Of a DNA stretch of 64,000 bases, positions 21,871-34,083 are shown one piece after another; position 1 is the stretch's first letter, and each line of letters begins with the position of its first letter. A model generated the notes under the pieces. That model did no database searches, had not been told where the DNA came from, and saw only the letters and a list, made by a program, of their open reading frames with translations. Source of the DNA: Selaginella moellendorffii (taxonomy: Eukaryota > Plantae > Lycopodiophyta); the NCBI RefSeq assembly GCF_000143415.4, contig NW_003314262.1, positions 5,862,304 to 5,926,303 on the forward strand. Reading direction: 5' to 3'. Made by a program: the position numbers and the translations under genes.

Positions 21871-23579
21871 ATGCTGGATTCTTCCTCCTCCTCCGGGGGA
21901 GAGATCACCAAGGAATGGCTTCGCAAGCACTGCCGGAGATTAGGGCTCTATGTCACGCCCTCTCTCAATGACAAGCTCTATCTCCACTACCAGGGCTTTG
22001 GAGAGATCAAGAACCTGGAAGAATACACTGTGAGCGATCTTCGTTCTCTTCGATTGCTACGTTTTCACGGTTTTGCTTGTGTGCAAGCCAGGGACTGAAG
22101 ATGCTGTTCCTTGAAGGGAATTTCTTTGAGTCTTTGGATGGTCTACAGCCACTCGCGGAATTACGCTGCTTGTAGGTAGTCTCTCTAAAACTTCTAGTTT
22201 TCTCAGCTCAGCTTCGATTTGAACGCGGAGAAAAAAAAAAAAAACAACTCTTTTCCAGGTACGTCCAGAAGAATCAAATTGCTTGTATCAACCATCTCGA
22301 GGATCTTAAAATGCTGGACACCTTGGATCTCAGGTTGGTCGCTTCTTCTCTTCCACGAACTTCTCTTGTTTGAAGCTCTCGTTTTGCTCGATGATGCCGA
22401 CAGTAACAACTGCTTGAAAACGCTCGAGAATCTCTCGGCTTGCCCGAGCCTCAAGGTCCTGCAAGTCTCAAACAACTATCTCAAGTCTGTGGAATCCATC
22501 GAGCACCTCAAAGACTGTACCTCGATATGGTAAGCATTGTCATCTCTTTCTTCCAGCTTGTGGTCGTGACCCTCGAGCTTGGGAAACTCCATGAAGCGTT
22601 CTCGACGTATCGTCCAACAAACTTGACGATGGAGAGGGAGTTTTGAGAGTTCTTAAAGCCATGCCCGAGCTTACCGTGCTTTACTTATCCGGTAATCCAT
22701 GCGTAACGAACCTGCAGCACTATCGCAAGGTAAGTCCATGTTTTAAACTTGAGAGAAGCTTACCACTTTGCTGTAGACTGTGATCTCGAGTCTTCCCAAG
22801 CTCAACCATCTGGATGATCGGCCAGTGTTTTGGGACGAGCGTCTTTGTGCCGAGGCTTGGTAAATGAACTCGCTTGATCTTTATCTGCCCTGCCCTGTTG
22901 AGTTGTAAGACCACTGCAGGGCCAGAGGTGGATATCAAGCTGAGCAAGAGGAACGAGAGCGTGTTAAAGCTATAAGGAGCGAAATGGAGATAAAGCAACT
23001 GGAAAGTAAGTTTGTTTACCTGATGAAGAAGTTCTTTTGAGAGAGACTTGTCACACAGGCATGAGAAAGATAAGAAACGATGCTCTCGAAGAAAGAGCCC
23101 GGTTGGAAGCTGTGGAAGCGATGGAGGAGGAGGAGAGAAGTACCAAGGACGCGCAAGTTGAGGCATGCTTTCAAAGTCGGGATTCTACCACCGTAGCCGA
23201 GGAGGTCGAAGAGGAGCTGGAGACTTCTGGCTCCGAGTGTTTCACTCTGGAGAGTGATACTGAGAACTACAACGACATCGAGCTTACAGAGCGCTCGGAG
23301 CGATCAGACGAGCAGAGGCTTGGCTCGGATACTCCTGTGACAAACGAGGACATGACAGAGACCAAGGAGGACGAACGAAAGGACAGTTCTGGGACGAAAG
23401 AGAACCTTAGTCCAGAGACAAAAGAGGACGAACAGAACATTTTCTCGAAGAAATCTCAGGACGAACGAGTGCTTAACTTGAAGACAAGGGAAGACGAACA
23501 CACGGTTAGTGAGACCAAAGAAGAGGACGAACAGAAGCTTAGCTCGGCAGCCGATGCAAAGGACAATAGTGTCTGTTAA
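21871..23579 (+). CDS. DNAAF1: Axonemal dynein assembly factor 1 (LRRC50/ODA7 ortholog), multi-exon, acidic C-terminal tail
   Basis: '[50 protein letters not shown]', SDS22-type LRRs and LRRcap '[45 protein letters not shown]'. Matches the ODA7/DNAAF1 signature from memory. Confidence 0.88.
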
Positions 23580-23720
23580 AATTGAACGGACAAATGTAGA
23601 ATCAGCAAAATTTCAGCCTCCCTAGAAACCACTCACAGAAAACACATGGCCATGTGATGCGAAAGCTATGGTACAGGCGAGAGAGTTACTCACACGCTTA
23701 TTGCTCTTGTGAATCTTCTT

Positions 23721-25005
23721 TCACTTTGGAAGGTCATGGAGGAACTCGACGAACTCGTCAATCAGGTATGGCCATGCTCCCTCGGAGTCGTAGTTGGAAA
23801 GCGATGAATCAATCGACTGCCAGGGAAGATATCACGCAAATTAGTTTCACAGACTACAAAACGCTTACTTTGGAGAACTCGAACAGCTGCGACCACGTAT
23901 CTTTCGATATGGCCTTGTTGTGCTTAGCCTGCGATTCACATGTATAACTTAGTTTCTCAACCAAGGTTCGTATTGCATACGTACTTGTAAAAACTGGCAC
24001 CAAGGCTCTACCAGCGGCCAAGGATGCTCGTTAAACAGTAGGCGCCACATACCCAACGCCGTATCTAATGCAAGCGATTTTTGACCCTGAAAGATCCAGC
24101 ATAAGCCCACTTGGACAAAAAGAAACACAAACCTTTTCCTTGGCCCAGTTGAATGCAAAGTTATAAATCTCTCGAAACTTGTCTGCAACCATGTAGAAAG
24201 CGTTTGCAATGAGAAAGCTAAACGCATGGTGAGGGTTAGAAAATCATACTAAGTGAGAAGGCCTACGTTCTTCTTTAAGCTCTGCCCGAAGGGACGGAAG
24301 AAGTGACTTTAGCTTATCGATGGAGTCCACCCTGACCGAGACACCGACTTAGAGCGATCATGATCATCAAAGGATAGAAACCAAAAACTCACCCAAGAGA
24401 TTGAAAGCCAGTGATGAACTCTTGCCTCGAAAACTCACACATTGTGGCCGCTCCCATATGCCACGAGATGACGAGCATCACAACATCTCCGGGGTCGACT
24501 TTGAGATCGTCACAGAAAGCCGAGATGCCATCGACCAAGATCATATCCGAGAAACGATCTGAAAGTTGGAAAACAATGGATCGTCAAAGAAAAGAAAAGT
24601 TTTCCATCACCCCATACCTTTGTAACGCATGTAAAGCTCCTCTAAGTGCCGAGGATCCGCCATTGGCTTGGACACTGGCTGGTTCGTATAAAAGTACTCG
24701 AAAGCCCCTTCCAAGTTCCAATCGCTCGCCTTCAGTGCTGTCAAGGAGGCCTTCTCACTGCCATGGAAGAACAACATCAAGAAGAAGATTCAAGCAAAAC
24801 AAAAAAGAAAAGACAATCTCTACATACGTTGCTCCCGCGATTGACATGAACTGATGGACTTTGTCCCGCTGTGATCTCCCCAGCTTATGCTGAAAGAGCG
24901 CATCGATCAAGGAAAACGAAATTTGCGAAAGAAACCTAAATGGCGCTAGCATCGAATCGATGCGCCGCGCAAAGATTATGCTCGCAGTCGATAGAAACGT
25001 ACCAT
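23721..25005 (-). CDS. DCN1: Defective in cullin neddylation 1 (DCN1/DCUN1D-like) NEDD8 E3, multi-exon; first coding exon is ATG only
   Basis: UBA-like '[29 protein letters not shown]'. PONY domain '[18 protein letters not shown]', '[16 protein letters not shown]' and '[16 protein letters not shown]'. Confidence 0.93.
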
Positions 25006-25283
25006 CTTCGTGGTCCCGCTGCCCAGCGCTAGGTCCCCCTCTCTCTCCTATCTCTCTCGCATTCCCTCGTCGAAGGAGCTATATACGCGAGTGTTATTTT
25101 CCCCTTCCTTGTATAATCAGGTTTGAACCCTAGACCTAAAGATCTTTATAAAACGAATATGCTTTAAAAATTCTTTAAGAATATTCTTTGGATATAGGAA
25201 ATCTTTCTCCGGTATCGAACCCCCGGCGCCTGGGGAATAAAGACTTTGGCTATGGTAGACTACCACAACGAACTGTCAAGGCG

Positions 25284-26556
25284 ATGGCGATGGCGGCGTC
25301 TCCCGGAGCGTCGCATTTGCATGCCAGATCGGGATCCTCGAGGTCGCCAGCGAATCAGGCGCTCTCCGCCTCGTCGATCGCATTGCCGCAGCGGTGCATC
25401 GAGTGCCGGATTTCGTCGGCGTCGTCCCCCAGCCAGCGCCAGATCGTCCACGCCGTCGCCAGGGAGCCGCTCAAGGTGATGATCTCCGGCGCGCCGGCGT
25501 CGGGCAAGGGGACGCAGTGCGAGCTCATCACGGACAAGGTATGCCGATCGTCTTTGCCCCGATAGGATTTTGCGCATTGGGGCCTGGACGATCGATCTAG
25601 GGGTCTCCACGGCACGATATTTCGACCGGAAGTCGATCGATTGATCGCTTGATTTTCATTTGTGACTAACTCACAAGTTCTTTTGTGTGATCACAGTATG
25701 GTCTTGTACACATAGCAGCTGGAGATTTACTGCGAGCCGAGGTAGCCGCGGGCACTGAGAATGGAATCAAAGCTCAAGAGTATATGAACAAAGGCCAGCT
25801 CGTTCCAAACGAGATCGTAGTGTCAGTAAGAACACTTATTCTAGCCTCTTATAGTTCTAATCTAACACGAGTTATTCATCGTTTTGTGTTTGTTTTGTTC
25901 TAGATGGTGAAGCGAAGACTGGAAGAGCAGGACGCGCAGGAGAAAGGCTGGCTGCTGGATGGCTACCCGCGAAGCGTGTCGCAAGCCGAAGCGCTGGAAG
26001 CTCTAAACATCCGGCCTCACGTCTTCATCCTCTTGCAAGTAAGTGGTCGTTTAGTTTTTCTTTGTCTAGCCTGAAACGATCGAACTTCTCTTACCGATTT
26101 TTATCCAGGTTCCCGAGGACATTCTCGTGGAAAGAGTGGTCGGCAGGAGATTGGATCCCGTCACGGGAAAAATCTACCATCTTACGTATGCTCCTCCCGA
26201 GACTCCAGAGATCGAAGCTCGGCTAACTCAGCGAAGCGACGACACGGAAGAGAGGGTAACGTAGCATTAGAAACTTTCCCTGGCTTAGTTTTCTCTTCGA
26301 TTTCCTTCCTCCAGGTGAAGCTCAGGCTTAAAACTCACCGGCAAAACGTCGAGGATGTGCTATCGATCTACTCAGACGTGATTGTTCCGGTAAGTTTTGG
26401 ATCGATCACGAGCTCTTTATTTGCTGAGAATTCTCGATTTGTTTGACACAGGTGGATGGAAATCGGCCCAAAACCGAGGTTTTCTCGAGCATCGATTCGA
26501 TTCTAAACGAGATGGTACAAAGCGAGCAATTAGGAGAGGCCATGAGCTCGAGCTAA
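25284..26556 (+). CDS. ADK: Adenylate kinase, plastid type, multi-exon
   Basis: Ser/Ala/Arg-rich transit peptide, P-loop [31 protein letters not shown] and [23 protein letters not shown]. Confidence 0.94.
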
Positions 26557-26683
26557 AGAGCAAAATAAAATTTTTTGGCGAATATGCCCGTAGATTCTTT
26601 ACAAAGAATATGCTTAAAATCCTGGGAGATGCTTATAGTGGATTCTTTAATGGCCAAATTCTAGGGTTTTTGCGCTTGTGGCG

Positions 26684-28940
26684 ATGGCGATCCTCGAGTC
26701 CCCGCGCGTTGGCGCTGGAATGCTGGATCACATCCGATCCCTCACGGATGTCGGCACCATGAATCGAATGCTCCACGAGAGCATTGCGTACGAGCGCAGC
26801 ATCGACGGTGAGCTGGAGAGCCTTCTCGCGCAGCGCCAGGAGGTGGAGAAGAAGCTGCTAGGGCTCCACCGGACGGGCGAGGTGCTGGAGATCGTCCGCG
26901 CCGACGCGGAGCAGATGCTCCGCAGCGTGGAATCGACGTGCGCGCTGGCCAATCTGGTGAGTGGTAAGGTGAGGGAGCTGGATCTGGCGCAATCGCGAGT
27001 CCAGGAGACCCTAGCCCGGATCGAGGCGATCGTGGATCGCGGCAGCTGCATTGACGGCGCCCAGAAGGCGCTGGCGAGCGAGGATTACGAGTCGGCGGCC
27101 AGGAACGTGGAGAGATTTCTCCAGCTCGAGGAGAGGATGGGGGGCCTGGTGGATCCCGCGAGTGACCAGCACGTCCAGCTGCTGGAATCCAAGAGGAAGC
27201 TGGAGGAGGTGATCAAGAAGAGATTCTACGCGGCAGTGGACGCGAGAGATCACGCCGGGGTGGTGAGATTTGCGTCGCTGTTTGCTCCTCTTGGGCTCCA
27301 CGAGGAAGGGATCAAGGCCTACGTGAGCTACCTGAGGAGATCGGTGGATCATCGCGCTCGCGATGGCTTCGCGGCCGTGAAGGAGACTCCAGACCAGGCG
27401 GACTTTGTGGCGGCGCTCAACAACATCTTCAAGGACATCGCCGAGGCGATCGAGGAGAACGAGGAGCTCCTCAAGAGCTTGAATGGAGAGGATGGGCTCG
27501 TCTACGCGATCCGGGAGCTGCAAGAGGAGTGTGACTCGCGCGGCTCGGCCATCGTGAAGAAGTATATGGAGTTTCGCGGGCTGGCCAAGCTGGAGAAGGA
27601 GATCATCGCGCAGACAAACGCGGAGAAGGACATCGTCGCGCAGTCCAAGCTCTTGATGTCCGCCGGTGGCGCTGCCGAGGGGCCGGATCTCCGCAGCATC
27701 GAGATGTTCTTGGAGGAGATCCTGCTCTTGATCCAGACCAGCGAAGACTACACGCAGTATATGATCGGGAGAGTGAGGGAGGCTGGATCTTCCGGAGCTC
27801 AGCTCAGCCCGCGCTCCACCACATCTTTCAAAGTCGGGAGCTTCTACCGCGCGGTGCAAGAGCTGACGAGCCACTATCGCTTGCTGGAGGAGTACTTCAT
27901 GGCAGAGAACGTCCGCAAGGCGATCAAGCTGGACGAGTTCCCGGCCAATTCCCTGACGACTTCGGTTGTGGACGACGTCTTCTACGTGCTCCAGAGCTGC
28001 ACCAGACGCGCGGTCTCCACGTCCAACGTCCATCTCACGCTCTCGATCGTCACTTGCGCGGCCAACCTACTGGGAAACGAGTACAAGGACGCGCTCCAGA
28101 GGAAGATGCGCGAGCCAAACCTGGCGATGAAGCTCTTCGCCGGAGGAACAGGGGTGGTGAAAGTGGGAATGGAGGTGGCGGCGGCGCTAAACAACATGGA
28201 CGTGAGTGCCGAGTACGTCCTCAAGCTAAAGGCCGAGATCGAGGAGCAGTGCAACGAGGTAAGCGGTGCTTCTCGTTTGCTTTCGTCTTTTCTCACGGCT
28301 TTAGCAACAGATCTTCCCCGGCCCCGCCGAGAGGGAGAAGCTCAAGTCCTCGCTACTGGAGCTGGGCGAGGCGAGTGTCTCGTTGCGGCAGATCACAAAC
28401 TCGGGCCTCGAGCAGCTCGCCAACTGCATCGCCCCTCGGCTGCGCTCCACGCTAGACGCGGTGGGGACTGTTTCTTACGAGCTCACCGAAGCACAGTACG
28501 CGGAGAACGAGGTGAACGATCCGTGGGTCCAGAAGCTGCTGCACGGAGTGGAGGCCAACGTGAGCTGGTTGCAGCCGCTGCTCACGGCCGGGAACTACGA
28601 CACGCTCGTCCACCTCGTCATCGACTTCATCGTGAAGCGGCTGGAGGTTGTCATGGGCCAGAAGCACTTCAACCAGCTGGGGGGACTGCAGCTGGACAGG
28701 GACGCGCGAGCGCTGGTGGGGCACTTCTCGGGGATGACGCAGAGGACGGTGCGGGACAAGTTCGCGCGGCTCTCGCAGATGGCCACCATCCTCAACTTGG
28801 AGAAGGTGTCGGAGATCCTCGACTACTGGGGGGAGAACTCGGGGCCCATGACGTGGAGGCTCACACCCAACGAGGTCCGTCGCGTTCTGGGGCTCCGGCT
28901 GGATTTCAAGCCCGACGCCATCGCCGCGCTCAAGCTGTGA
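26684..28940 (+). CDS. COG4: Conserved oligomeric Golgi complex subunit 4; exons 26684-28258, 28311-28940
   Basis: 'VSGKVRELDLAQSRV', 'TSVVDDVFYVL', 'FNQLGGLQLDRD.R.LV..F' and 'WRLTP.EVRRVLGLR.DF..AI..LKL'. A 52-nt GT-AG intron restores the frame. Confidence 0.94.
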
Positions 28941-29282
28941 GCCATAGCGACGTCCGAGTCTCGATCGATCGATGGGAACTTTTGTCCGTCGGGTTTAGAG
29001 GAGAGAGAAGCTCAGCTCCCCCCGGAAAGCTCCAAGACTCTTTCCAGGAGGACGACGTTCCAGCGCTCGCCATCGCCATTGCTCCAGCGGTTTCTCTTGC
29101 GGCTTTAATTTTCTCGTTGGAAAGGTATGTTTGCGAGCTGAGCGTTTGGATCCATCGCCACTTTTTCTTCTCTCTTTTCTTTATCTTTCTTTGCAGGAAG
29201 ATGGCTTGAATGAATTCGTAGCTGGCAAGCACATGTAACTGGCGGCTGGTGGCCAAGGATGGAGCTTTCATTCACACTGGAG

Positions 29283-29364
29283 ATTCCACTGTGTTGGTAG
29301 AATATTCTCCCTTTATAAAAAAAATTCTACTCTGTTGGTAGAATATTCCTCCATTTTTAAAAAA
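29283..29364 (+). repeat. Imperfect 41-nt tandem duplication
   Basis: attccactgtgttggtagaatattctccctttataaaaaaa followed by attctactctgttggtagaatattcctccatttttaaaaaa. Confidence 0.8.
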
Positions 29365-30138
29365 GAGAACTATACACGCTTGGAAACCAACGAACTCCCT
29401 GGCGCGAGAAACAATCCATCCATCCGTCCATGCGTTTTTTTGTTTGGATCTCTCTCACGCTTTGTACTTACAAAACAATATCATTCACCTATCATTCATC
29501 TCGTTCCATTGTCTCGAGATTGATCGATTCGCTTCCACTCAATTCTTTCTCTCTTTTTTTTTTTGGTTTCTTCGCACTCGTTCTATCTGGTGCTGGCTGC
29601 CTGGCTTGATTTTTTCCCTGATCCAGTCCTGTCCAATCCAGGGGAAACCATTCTTTTTCTCGCAATCACGATTCCAGAATCGAGTTGTTCCTGGATTTTT
29701 TTTCTTGCCTTTCCCCTGTTCCTTGCTTTGCGCCCCGCCGCCTGTGAAGGATCATAGCAGCAATGCTTTCCTCTCCAGTGGAGCGAAAGCACCACCTCCC
29801 TTTTCACGCAAAATTCTTCGCCTTTGCTGCTGCTGCTGCTGCTGCGATGGATGATAACTTTGTGCCGGTGTGTCCCTGCTGTTGAGCACTGGCGAGCATT
29901 AACAAAGCCCCCGGAAAAAAGAAGACCCCGCTGTAGCACGATCCTGATCCCTGACGATGTAGAGATATATATCCCCATCCACTGCCGCTTACCACCACCA
30001 CCACCACACCTTTCTCGCTAGCTACAGCCGATCGTGTCCAAAAAATTTATGTACCGAAGGCCTGATTGCCAGACGCCAGCGCAATCTCACCACCACCTGG
30101 AGATAGATCCCCACTGTTCTTCCCATCTTTTCCTCCTT

Positions 30139-31554
30139 TCACGACAGCTCCTTCCTCAGCTTTCGCGAGAAAGGCTGGCAGGCGTCGATGCTCAAGTCCA
30201 CCGCGGCTGCCAGAGCCATGAACACCGCTGCGTCCTCGGCGCAGGTGATGTGCCGCATCGCCAGCTGAACCAGCGGCCTGCCGGAGGAGCTCTGCCGCTC
30301 ACCCCGCGTCGTGCAGCTCATCACGAATCCCCCCGACGCCGGCAGCCCGACGTTGATGAAGTTGCAGTCTCCACTGCTGCGGGGGCTCTGCACGGGAGTT
30401 CTCGCCGGCGACGGCGTTGCCGGACGAAACCTCGCCGTGTCGATCGAGAACTCACCCCCGGAGTGTGAGCTGATGACCGTCTCCGAGACCAAAGCGCCCC
30501 CAACGTTTGCCGTGCCGCCGCCACCATTCTCCGCAACTAGCTGGAAACGAAGCCCGAGGCCACCTTTGCTGCCTCTTTCTTTCCACGCCTCGAGCCTCCC
30601 CCACGGCTCCCAGCTGTCTCCACTTGTGGAATCCGGGCGGAGGATGAGCCAGGCCCCGGGATTGGAGCGGCTGACGCGGTCACTCCCCGCCGACGGCACG
30701 AAAGGTGTCACCATTGACGCAGCAGCCACGGGGGAGCCGGATAGATCATGGATCATGATCAGCCACCCTTTGCGTTCCTTCCTCTCCTTGTGATCATGGC
30801 CTCCCAATGGACCCGACCACTTCCCCGCACCGCTACGAGGAGTCTCACACAGTCCCAGCCTGAGAGAAAAAAAAAAACAAACCATCCAAAGAGTTAGACC
30901 ACCAAACTCTCTCCAGGAAAAACTCTGACAAGCTCACCTTGATCGGCTCAGTCTATCCCTGCTGAATTTGCAGCTGAAGAGCGGTTGCGTGATCTTGCCT
31001 TGAATCTGCACGATCTGGGGGCTGGCCACCGTCTCCCCATCAAACTGGAAAATGTAGCGAGGATCCGCCTCCACTTTGATGACGAGATGGAGCTCGGCTC
31101 CTGGCTTGCCATCGGTGGAATTCCCCTTGCCAATGCCCGTCCAGCCGCTGTGGAGCTGGATGGGCTTTCCTTCCATCCACTGCGAGCTCACCGGCAGCGA
31201 GAATGTCCCCATGAGCTTCCCTTCTTTCACTCCACACCGAGTTCCCTGCCGTCCAGTGTAGACCAGAACTTCCAGGCATGGAAACGAGCTCTTGAAGCAC
31301 GAAGTTGGCGAGAGGAGCTTGTCGAGGGCCGACTCGTCGAGGTAGAAGTTGGCGGCGATGCCACGATCCGGGGGTGGCGATGTGGGCGAGACGAGCGGCA
31401 CTGGCGTGGTCTGGACTGGGTAGCCTGGAAGACGGACCTCGCAGAAGAATGGCGATGTCGAGGAGTGGACTCCTGTTCTAGCGGGCTTGGAGGCGAGCGG
31501 CACCCGGACGCCCAGAGCACTCACTGAGAGCTTGACGAATGCGCGAGGATCCAT
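30139..31554 (-). CDS. DUF1005 family plant protein; exons 31554-30938, 30859-30139
   Basis: 'MDP..FV.L.V..L', 'DPRYIFQFDGE', 'ERKGWLIMIHDLSGSPVAAASMVTPFVPS.GSDRVSRSNPGAWLILRP' and 'ALAAAVDLS.DAC..FS.KLRKEL'. Confidence 0.92.
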
Positions 31555-32400
31555 GTCGATTGCTGGCGAGTGATCCTTTTGCCCATGCTCAGAAGATCGC
31601 TGCTATGTAGTCATTGAGTGCCATGATCTTTGCCCCTGTGGCTGGATGGATAGTGTGATCGCGGCCCGCCTCTCTTCCAGCCTTGGAAGGCACTGTAAAG
31701 GAATGCTTGCTTGCCTGGATAAATGCTGTGCTTTGCTCGTAACGTAAGCGAGGGAGAGAGAGAGGAAGAGGGGGAGATAGAAAAATCGGCAAGAGAATCG
31801 AAAGGGGAGAACCTTCCAAAAGCAAAATCCCTCGCAAAGATCCCCGAATTCTTTTCTTTTCACTCTGCTATCCAGCAAGAACCCCAGGAATCGCGAATCG
31901 ACGAAACGCACGAGAAAAGAGGAGAGGAGGGGGGGGGAGGAAACCTGGAGCGCCGCTGCGCGATCTTCACTCGAAATGCGCGTCGACGACCACCGATCCA
32001 GCCGCGAACAAAAGAAATCCCCTGAGAATCCACTGGAGCGCGGTAGAATATCGAGGATGGAGAGCAAGATTTCCGGCAGGGATTCGTGCGCGCCGGCCTA
32101 GGGCTCCTCGCTCGCTCTGGATGGATCGATCTCTCTAATAGGAGAGAGAGGGATTGAAAGAAGAGAGAAGAGAGAGAGGATCTTCCAGCCCAGTACACTA
32201 CACACACAGCCAAGCCTGGCCTGTATTCCAGTAGGGTTTTTCGCGTTTTCTTGCCAATGCCATGCCAACTCACACACCCTCTTTCACAGCCAGGCAATTA
32301 ACAGCCTGGCGGGCAAATGGAGGGACCGGCAGTCCGCGACGGCAATATCCAGCAGCTAACAGCGACAAAAAAGCCCAGCTGACGTGGACTAGCCAGTTGT

Positions 32401-32460
32401 CTAAACCCTAACTCTTAGGGTTTTAGCCCTGTTTTAGGGTTTTGCCCACTTTTAGGGCTC
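32401..32460. promoter_or_regulatory. Telo-box cluster (AAACCCTA/TAGGGTTT) with site II-like GCCCA in the divergent DUF1005/F-box promoter
   Basis: aaaccctaa-ctc-ttagggttt inverted pair, then ttttagggttttgcccacttttaggg. Confidence 0.55.
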
Positions 32461-32697
32461 TTGGAACTTTTCCCACAACGTGGACATTGCTTCTAACCGA
32501 CACTAGGTAGGGGATCCCCGCAAGCAAGCATTGCGTGAACACCTGGCCGGTCCAATAGTGTTCTCGCTTGTATTGTCCGAGCGGGGCATCGATCGATCCA
32601 TCCTTGTTCGCGTTGTTTGCTTTGGCCGCTCCAACAGTGATCGATCGGCCGTTTCCACGCGCTGCGAATTGGAGCCCTCCTCTGGATCGCGCGATCT

Positions 32698-33915
32698 TTG
32701 GCTTCCTTCATGGCGATTGGAGCTACTCTGGAACAATTAAAACCACGCGTGAGCGTCCGAGGAGAAGAACAAGAGGAGGAAGACAGATTTATGGAGAGTA
32801 CCATGGTGATCTGGGAGGAGCTCCCGCGGGATCTCGTGAGTAGCGTCGTTTCGTGGCTGCCAATCACCGACATTCTTCGATCGCGCACCATCTCCAAGCA
32901 GTTCCATGCGTGGATCAGCAGCATCAGCTTCCTGGACGAGATCGCAAGAGTCCCAACGCGAAGTTCCTGGCTGGTTCTCTTCCCCAGCTCCACACCATCC
33001 ATCGCCAGTGCCTACGATCCATCGCTGGACTCCTGGCTCTCGCTTCCGGTCCCGCTGCAAATCCAGCCACTGGCTTCTTCCAGAGGATTGATCTGTGGAG
33101 CTCCAAAACCCCATCTTGGGAGCGGCAGTAGCAGGAGCAGCAAAGAACTCCATGTTTGCAATCTCGTGACGAGATCATGGGTGAGAGTTCCTCAGCCTCG
33201 GGAGATGTCGCGATTCTTCTTCCTCGTCGTCGGGATGGTTTCCACCGGCAGGAGCGGATTCACGATCGTCGTCGCCGGATCCGACCTCGTCTCCCACCAT
33301 GCCTCCGCCAACTTCAAGCTCTCCGCCTGGGTGTTTGAGTCGCGCAGCTGGAAGTGGACGAAAGGTGGCACTGTTTTGATCGACGCGGCCATCTCGACGA
33401 GCAAGGCGATGAGCGGCAGCACGCTGTTCGTCGTGTCTGGAAACCGCGAGCTCGCAGCATACGATCTTGGTCGAGGAAGCTGGCGGCGTGTGGATCTTCC
33501 AGCAAAGGAGCTCACGTCAGTGAAGCTGGTTGATCGTCTGGGAAGGCTGGTGCTCGTTGCTCGCACTAACCAGGACGAGATCTCCATCTGGGAACTCCAC
33601 CAAGAACAGCACAGAAGCCGAGAGAAATCTCTTCCAAGCGATGATCCAAGCTTCTGGATAGAACTGGACAGAATGCCTCGGTGCTTGAGCGACGAGCTTC
33701 TCCTCAAATCACCGTCGCGAAGATTTGCGTGCGTTGGAAGCGGCGATGTGGCTTACTTCTCCGGCACCAAGTGCGCATCGATCCTCGCCTACACATTCTC
33801 GACCAGGAGCTGGCGATGGACGAGCTGCTGCTCCAGCAATCCCCATTACGACATGCTCCGGGGCATCTGCCTCGAGCCCCGGCTGGAAATCAGCCCCGGA
33901 TCATCCAAGAAGTAG
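32698..33915 (+). CDS. F-box protein with kelch-like/FBA beta-propeller, intronless (true start uncertain)
   Basis: F-box 'WEELPRDLVSSVVSWLPITDILRSRTISKQF', followed by 'AYDPSLDSW', 'ASSRGLIC' and 'VCNLVTRSW'. Confidence 0.88.
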   Translation: MASFMAIGATLEQLKPRVSVRGEEQEEEDRFMESTMVIWEELPRDLVSSVVSWLPITDILRSRTISKQFHAWISSISFLDEIARVPTRSSWLVLFPSSTPSIASAYDPSLDSWLSLPVPLQIQPLASSRGLICGAPKPHLGSGSSRSSKELHVCNLVTRSWVRVPQPREMSRFFFLVVGMVSTGRSGFTIVVAGSDLVSHHASANFKLSAWVFESRSWKWTKGGTVLIDAAISTSKAMSGSTLFVVSGNRELAAYDLGRGSWRRVDLPAKELTSVKLVDRLGRLVLVARTNQDEISIWELHQEQHRSREKSLPSDDPSFWIELDRMPRCLSDELLLKSPSRRFACVGSGDVAYFSGTKCASILAYTFSTRSWRWTSCCSSNPHYDMLRGICLEPRLEISPGSSKK

Positions 33916-34083
33916 TGAGAAAACCCTGTAAGATTGTTCTTCCACTCCAAGAACATACCATTGGATTGCAGATCGCTCTCGCCTCGTTCGCTTGTATGCT
34001 TGCGCTAGACCTAGAAATATTGCTAGAAATGTGAGCTTGGAGTTAAACCTAGAAGGGGGCTTCTCTTTCTCTTCGATGGAGTG

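Noticed and set aside
28259-29209. C-terminal part of the 843-aa ORF 26678-29209
   Set aside because: Read-through of the 52-nt intron into a wrong frame. The real COG4 C-terminus ends at 28940.
29400-30130. Possible MIRNA hairpin or small ORFs in the COG4/DUF1005 convergent interval
   Set aside because: No conserved miRNA sequence or long stem seen by eye. Consistent with 3' UTRs containing (CTG)n and (CCA)n repeats.
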